NCBI GenBank assembly: GCA_963792585.1
Contig: CAWBWI010000003.1
Coordinates: 416,001-480,000, forward strand
From: Candidatus Eiseniibacteriota bacterium
GTDB lineage: Bacteria; Eisenbacteria; RBG-16-71-46; CAIMUX01; VGJL01
Length of the DNA: 64,000 nt
Reading direction: 5' to 3'
The translations under genes were made by a program, and so were the position numbers. Within the stretch, counting starts at the first letter, position 1, and each line of letters begins with the position of its first letter. The notes beneath the pieces were generated by a model. The model had not been told where the DNA came from. It did no database searches and saw only the letters and a list, made by a program, of their open reading frames with translations. Below are positions 59,013-64,000 of the stretch, piece by piece.

Positions 59013-60199
59013 ATGGTCGAGCCGGTCTCGAATGCCGAGCGGGCATCCGAGGAGGGACGGCGGGTTGACGAAGCGCAGAAGATCCGGCTCGGGCTGCTGT
59101 TTGGTGGGCGGTCGCCGGAGCACGAGATCTCGATCACGACGGCGGCCTCGATCGCCAGGGAAGCCGATCCGGAGCGGATCGAAATCGTCCCGATCTACTC
59201 ACGCGGGAGGGCCGCTGGTTGGAGCTTCCGCAAGGGGAGCTGCTCGCCGCGCTCGCGGGGAGCTCTCGGGGAGCGGGAGCTCGGTGGGATGCCCAGGCGC
59301 GAGGTTCTCCTGAGCGCCGCCGCAACGACCCTGGTCCCGGTCGCGCGGGTGGGGGGCGGATCCAGTCGCGGAGCCGATCGACGTCCTCTTCCCGGCCCTT
59401 CACGGGCAGGGAGGCGAGGACGGCAGCGTCCAGGGGCTTGCCCGGCTGGCCGACCTTCCGTGCGTCGGCGCGGGAATCCTCGGTAGCGCGCTGGGGATGG
59501 ACAAGGTCTCGCAAAGCGGATCGCCGCCACGCACGGGCTGCCCGATCGTCCCCTTACGTCGAGTTCACGCGCGCGGATTGGGATCGGACGGCCGAGCGAG
59601 ATCCGCGACGAGATCGTGGAGCAGCTGCACCTTTCCCGTCTTCGTGAAGCCATCCGGGGCCGGATCTTCGGTCGGGATCACCAAGGTCCATCGATCGGGG
59701 CGGGCTCAGCGACGCGGTGCGCGAGGCGGCGCGATACGACTATCGGATGCTCGTCGAGCAGGGTATCGACGCGCGCGAACTCGAGGTCGCCGTGCTCGGC
59801 AACGACGAGCCGCAAGCCTCGGTCGTGGGTGAGATCGTTCCGGGCGCGGGAGTTCTACGACTATCGAGACGAAGTACCTGCAGGAGGGAAGCCGGGCGAT
59901 CATACCGGCGGAGATCCCGACGAGAAGCTCGAGGACGCCGTGCGCGGAATGGCGATCCGCGCCTTCCGCGCCCTCGACTCGCCGGAATGGCGCGCGTCGA
60001 CTTCCTGCTGGACCGGGGGAACGGGGACATCTACTTCAACGAGGTCAACACGATCCCCGGATTCACCCCGATCAGCATGTACCCGATGCTGTGGCAGGCC
60101 TCCGGAATCGGCTACCGCGACCTGATCACCCGCCTCGTCGACCTGGCGATCGAGCGGCACGGCGCGACCCGCGTGGAGACGAGGGCGCCGGGAGCCTGA
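59013..60199 (+). CDS. ddl: D-alanine--D-alanine ligase; multiple apparent frameshifts
   Basis: LFGGRSPEHEIS, FPALHG..GEDG (other frame), MDK, PVFVKP...GSSVGITKV, ARELEVAVLGN, ARVDF, NEVNTIPGFT..SMYP. Confidence 0.9.
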
Positions 60200-60205
60200 C
60201 GGGCC

Positions 60206-61159
60206 CTACGGCTGAGGTTCGACCCACTCCCTCCACATCGGAGGCTTCGACGGCCCGCCTCGACGGTCGCCGTCCCATTGCGAAAGTGGAACGTCAGATC
60301 GAGCGAGCAGGGCACGCCGACCCCCATTTCCCCGCCGACGACGAGCGAGCTGCGATACGCGGCGATCAAGGCCGCCTGGTCGATCTCCGGTTTGCCGCTT
60401 CCGCTGATCCGATTGACCCGCAGGACGGCGCCCGTTTCCTCGATACGCGCCCGCAGGACGACGTCGACCGAGTCGTGCATCGCCGAGGCGGGCACCGTCG
60501 GCGTGGCGAGACGCATCGACCTGTGGTTGGGACCGCGGAAGACGAGGGTGCTTGCCCGTCTCCACCTCGCGGATGAACCGGATGCGGGCGGAGTCGCGAA
60601 CGGCTTTGCTTCGCGCGACGATGAAGACCGCAGAGAGTTCTTCCTCCCGCGTTTCCGAGGTCACCCTGTAGCCCTTCGAGAAGTCCCCGACGCTGTCGGT
60701 GACCGTCACGATGAACTTCGGGGGTTGCATGCACTCGGGACCCCGCGCGTAAGGGGTGCCGAGTTCCGCGCCCGAGGTGAGACGGAGGATCCGCTGGCGT
60801 GGGATGTAGTAATCGACCGCGCTCCACGGCACCCAGAGCGGCTTGGTGTCGCCGTAGGCAAGCAATCCGTCGTTCCTGAAGATGCCGCACTCCGGCACGA
60901 GGTTCCAGACGACCTCGGTCGGACGGGTGCGCACGCTGATGTAGGCGATCGGAATCCGCAGATCCGCCTCGGCGAGGGTCAGCTTGCATTGAGGGCAGGT
61001 CAGGGTGGAGTCGTCCAGGGCCCGCTCGACCTTTTGAACCTGGCAGACGGGGCAGAGCCACGTATCGGCAAGCGCGACGGTGCCGGCCGCGATGAGGCTC
61101 GCCGCCGCCAACAGCAATGCAGGCAACAAGATGCGCGTGAGTTTTCGAAGTGCCGGCAC
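60206..61159 (-). CDS. Exported protein with CxxC-CxxC zinc ribbon and TonB C-terminal-like domain; two compensating frameshifts (~60518, ~60258)
   Basis: Signal peptide, CPVC and CPQC. The alternative frame reads VVLRARIEETGAVLRVNRISGSGKPEIDQAALIAA...VPCSLDLTFHF. Confidence 0.65.
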   Translation of the reverse strand: MPALRKLTRILLPALLLAAASLIAAGTVALADTWLCPVCQVQKVERALDDSTLTCPQCKLTLAEADLRIPIAYISVRTRPTEVVWNLVPECGIFRNDGLLAYGDTKPLWVPWSAVDYYIPRQRILRLTSGAELGTPYARGPECMQPPKFIVTVTDSVGDFSKGYRVTSETREEELSAVFIVARSKAVRDSARIRFIREVETGKHPRLPRSQPQVDASRHADGARLGDARLGRRRPAGAYRGNGRRPAGQSDQRKRQTGDRPGGLDRRVSQLARRRRGNGGRRALLARSDVPLSQWDGDRRGGPSKPPMWREWVEPQP

Positions 61160-61196
61160 GGAACCTCCTCGGATGGGGGACCCTCTCAGCGTAGCG

Positions 61197-61222
61197 GCGG
61201 GGGTGCCCGTCGGCACCCCCGC
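61197..61222. terminator. Hairpin downstream of the S9 peptidase gene
   Basis: GCGGGGGTGCC-CGTC-GGCACCCCCGC. Confidence 0.55.
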
Positions 61223-61241
61223 GCCCTACTACCCCTGCGCG

Positions 61242-63271
61242 CTACCGCGGTTTCCGACCGCGAACGAGCCACCGATCGAACCAGCCCGAGATTCGCTCGA
61301 GGCGCTCGATCCTGCGATCCGGGCGGCCGCCGCGGCTCATGCCGTGCGACTCGTCCGGATACCGATGGAATTCGACAGGAACCCCGCGCGCCTTGAGCGC
61401 GGCGAACAACTGCTCCGCTTGCTCGATCGGGCAGCGGTCGTCCCGCTCCTGGTGCTCGATCAAGGTCGGCGTGCGAACCGCGTCGATGTAGCTGATCGGC
61501 GACATCGACAGGTAGTGGGCCGGATCACGCCACGCGATCTTCCCGCCGAAGACCCGCCACCATGCGTACCCGAAGTCGCTCGATCCCGCGAAGCTCGATC
61601 AGGTTCACGACGCTGCGGCTGCGTGATGGCTGCGCCGAACCGGGTCGTGTGTCCGATGATCCAGTTGGTCATGTAGCCGCCGTAACTGCCGCCCGCCACG
61701 CCGATCCGATGCCGATCGACGCGGGGCGCCTGCCGGAGGGCCTCATCGGTGAATTTCATCAGATCGTCGTAGTCGACCGTGCCCCACGCGTCGAAGATCG
61801 CCGCGAGGTGCTTCTGGCTGTATCCGGTTCCTCCTCGAGGATTCGAGTAGAAGACGGTGTAGCCCTTCCCGGCGAGGTACTGGAACTCGTGGAAGAAGAC
61901 CCTTCCGTATTGCGTTGCAGGGCCGCCGTGAATGTACAAGATCGCCGGTCCCTTGGATGTCGCGCGGGTCCTTCCGGGGAGGATCCACCCCTGCAGCTTG
62001 TGACGCCCCTTGCCTTCGAACCAGAACTCCTCGGGCTGGACGACGATCCGATCGTCGAGCCACTTGTTGAAGCTCGTCATGGTCTTCATCGTCATCTCGG
62101 GACCGCTGAATGCACGAACCTCCCCGGGGGTGTGCGTGTCGGCGAAGGATGCATAGGCGGTGCGCGTCGCGAAGTGGATGTCGTAGTCGACGATCACGCC
62201 CAGGCGTGTGATCACAGGGGTCGCCTTGCGCCGGCGGATCTGGCTGCGCCAGAGCTGGGTGCTCCCCTCGCTGCTGACGACGAAGTAGACCCACTGGCTG
62301 TCGGGCGACCAGATCGGCGGCGGTGTCGACCCCGTGCCGAACGTGTCGTTGATCGTCGAGTTGTCGCACCCGCGATCCAGGTCCGCCGCGAGTTCGACGG
62401 GACGCCCGCCTCCAGCCGGCACGAGCCAGAGCTTCGTGTGCCGCGTGTTCCATGGAGCGTCCGCGTCGTCGTGGCCGAGGAATGCGATCCACTGCCCGTC
62501 GGGGCTGATCGAGAAGTTGGTCGACGGTCCATCGAAGGTGCGAACGCGCTCCACATCTCCACCGCGGGCGCGGACCTTCCAGATCGACACCCGCTCGAGG
62601 TCGAAATCGGGATTGGCGGTGCGATTGCTGTTGAAGTAGATCCACCGGCCGTCGGGAGACCAGGTGGGCGAGGACTCGTCGTACCGATCGTCGGTGGTCA
62701 GCGGCTTTGCCTTGCCCGTCTCGACGTCGACGATCCAGATGTGGAAACGTCCTTTGGGGATGAACCCCATGCCGTCGAGCTTGTAGAAGAGTCTCGTGAT
62801 CGTTCGTACCGCCGGGGCTTCGGCGCCGGGCTCGCCGCGCTTCTTCTTCTCCTCGCGCTCCTTCGCATCGGGATCCTGCGGAACGTGCACGATCGCGAGT
62901 TTGCGCCCATTGGGGGAGAACTCGAACTCGGTGATCAAGCCGCCGAGCTTCGTGAGCTGCTTCGCCTCGCCCCCGTCGGTCGGCATCGTCCAGATCTCGG
63001 ATTTGCCCGAGCGGGCGGAAAGGAATGCCAGCGTGCGGCCGTCGGGGGAGAAGCGGGGCCGGCTGTCGCCGCCCTTGCCCTGCGTGAACGGGCGCGCGGG
63101 TCCTCCGTCGGTCGGGACCATCCAGATGTGGCTCAGGTTCTTCAGCGTCTCCTTGTCGGGACGGCTTACCACGACCGCGACGTTCCTTCCGTTGGGAGAG
63201 AGACGACAGGTGGTCGGCTGCTGGATCTTGTAGATATCGTCTGCCTGAATCGGCACGGGCTTGCGTGGCAT
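61242..63271 (-). CDS. S9 family peptidase (acylaminoacyl/dipeptidyl peptidase-like); frameshifts at ~61617 and ~61597
   Basis: PD40-type propeller (FSPDG, WSPDG), IHGGP, NPRG, GGSYGGYMT, D.RCP..QAEQ, ESHG. Confidence 0.92.
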
Positions 63272-63489
63272 CGCGATCCTCCTTATCGATGCGAAAGTGT
63301 CACCCGGGCACTCTACGCCCTTCACCGGGCGGCGGCAAAGGGGCGCGCGACCGGGCCTTCCCCCGGCGTGGGGTCCGCTGCATAATCCGACCCGGAGGCG
63401 ACAGACACGGGAGGCGCGATGTCGATGCACGGGATCCGACCGCCGCGAGAGCGGCGGAGCGCGCGGCGGCCGCCCGCCCGGGAGAGCTC

Positions 63490-64000
63490 CTGAGCGCCGG
63501 TGAAGAGAATCTGAAGGGGTTTCGGGCGCTCGTGCTGGGCGGCACGGGGCTCATCGGATCCCACGTCGTGCGATCGTTGCTCGCCCGGGGGGCTTCCGTC
63601 CGCGTTCTATCCCGCCGGCCGGACGCGACACCGGCGTTGAGCGGCCTCGATGTCGAGATCGTCGGGGGAAATCTCGATCGCCCGGAATCGCTTCGCGCCG
63701 CCCTCGAGGGGGTCGATCTTCTCTTTCATGCCGCCGCGCCTTACCCGACGCGCCACTTCGGCATGGACGGGATGATTCGCCGCGCGGAGACGGACATGGA
63801 AGCGCTCCTTGCGATCTGCAGGGAGATGACCCCGCCCCAGCTGCTCGCATTTCGACCCCGTCATGCCGACCAGGTGGCGATCGAGCAGGCCGAGATGGCG
63901 GCGCACGTGTTGCGCGTTCAACCCGAGCGATCCGGAGAGATCCGCGCGAGCGTGCGTGATCCCTCCTTGCTGCCCCTGGCGGAGAGGGGAATGTTGAACG
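63490..64000 (+). CDS. NAD-dependent epimerase/dehydratase family protein; partial, start uncertain
   Basis: The frame reads ALVLGGTGLIGSHVVRSLLARGASVRVLSR...LEGVDLLFHAAA and runs off the window. Confidence 0.8.
   Translation, partial: MSAGEENLKGFRALVLGGTGLIGSHVVRSLLARGASVRVLSRRPDATPALSGLDVEIVGGNLDRPESLRAALEGVDLLFHAAAPYPTRHFGMDGMIRRAETDMEALLAICREMTPPQLLAFRPRHADQVAIEQAEMAAHVLRVQPERSGEIRASVRDPSLLPLAERGMLN

Noticed and set aside
57149..60199. pckG and ddl as pseudogenes or programmed frameshifts
   Set aside because: The indels are numerous and scattered, with no slippery-site pattern and intact motifs. Sequencing error is more parsimonious.
63419..63493. 24-codon ORF with an RBS overlapping the epimerase start
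   Set aside because: It cannot be distinguished from another indel in the epimerase 5' end in this error-prone region.

Overview
GC-rich bacterial DNA, densely coding, with about 40 genes. I found no rRNA, tRNA, CRISPR array or transposase. Six secreted proteins end in a FlgD-Ig/T9SS-CTD-like domain and two end in a TWGxxKxxYR tail, which suggests an FCB-related candidate phylum such as Ca. Eisenbacteria (inference). The left third holds two signalling loci. The first is an ECF sigma / anti-sigma / exported TPR-CHAT protease module sitting upstream of a fibre protein, C10 protease and small CTD-protein operon; both units share a GTGATTTT-N15-TCSAAC promoter-like motif. The second is a sigma54 activator plus Ser/Thr kinase-TPR locus divergent from a subtilase. 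The middle has LiaF/LytS/LytTR, secreted S8 and M23 peptidases and a poly-gamma-glutamate hydrolase. It also has a secreted beta-propeller gene interrupted by one in-frame TGA in a CxxU context and followed by a SECIS-like hairpin, a candidate new selenoprotein family. The right third is mostly housekeeping: pepT, yciH, maf, P5C dehydrogenase, M1/M28/S9 peptidases, PEPCK and ddl. Many single-base indels from about 54 to 62 kb, and two at about 8 kb, look like sequencing or assembly errors.
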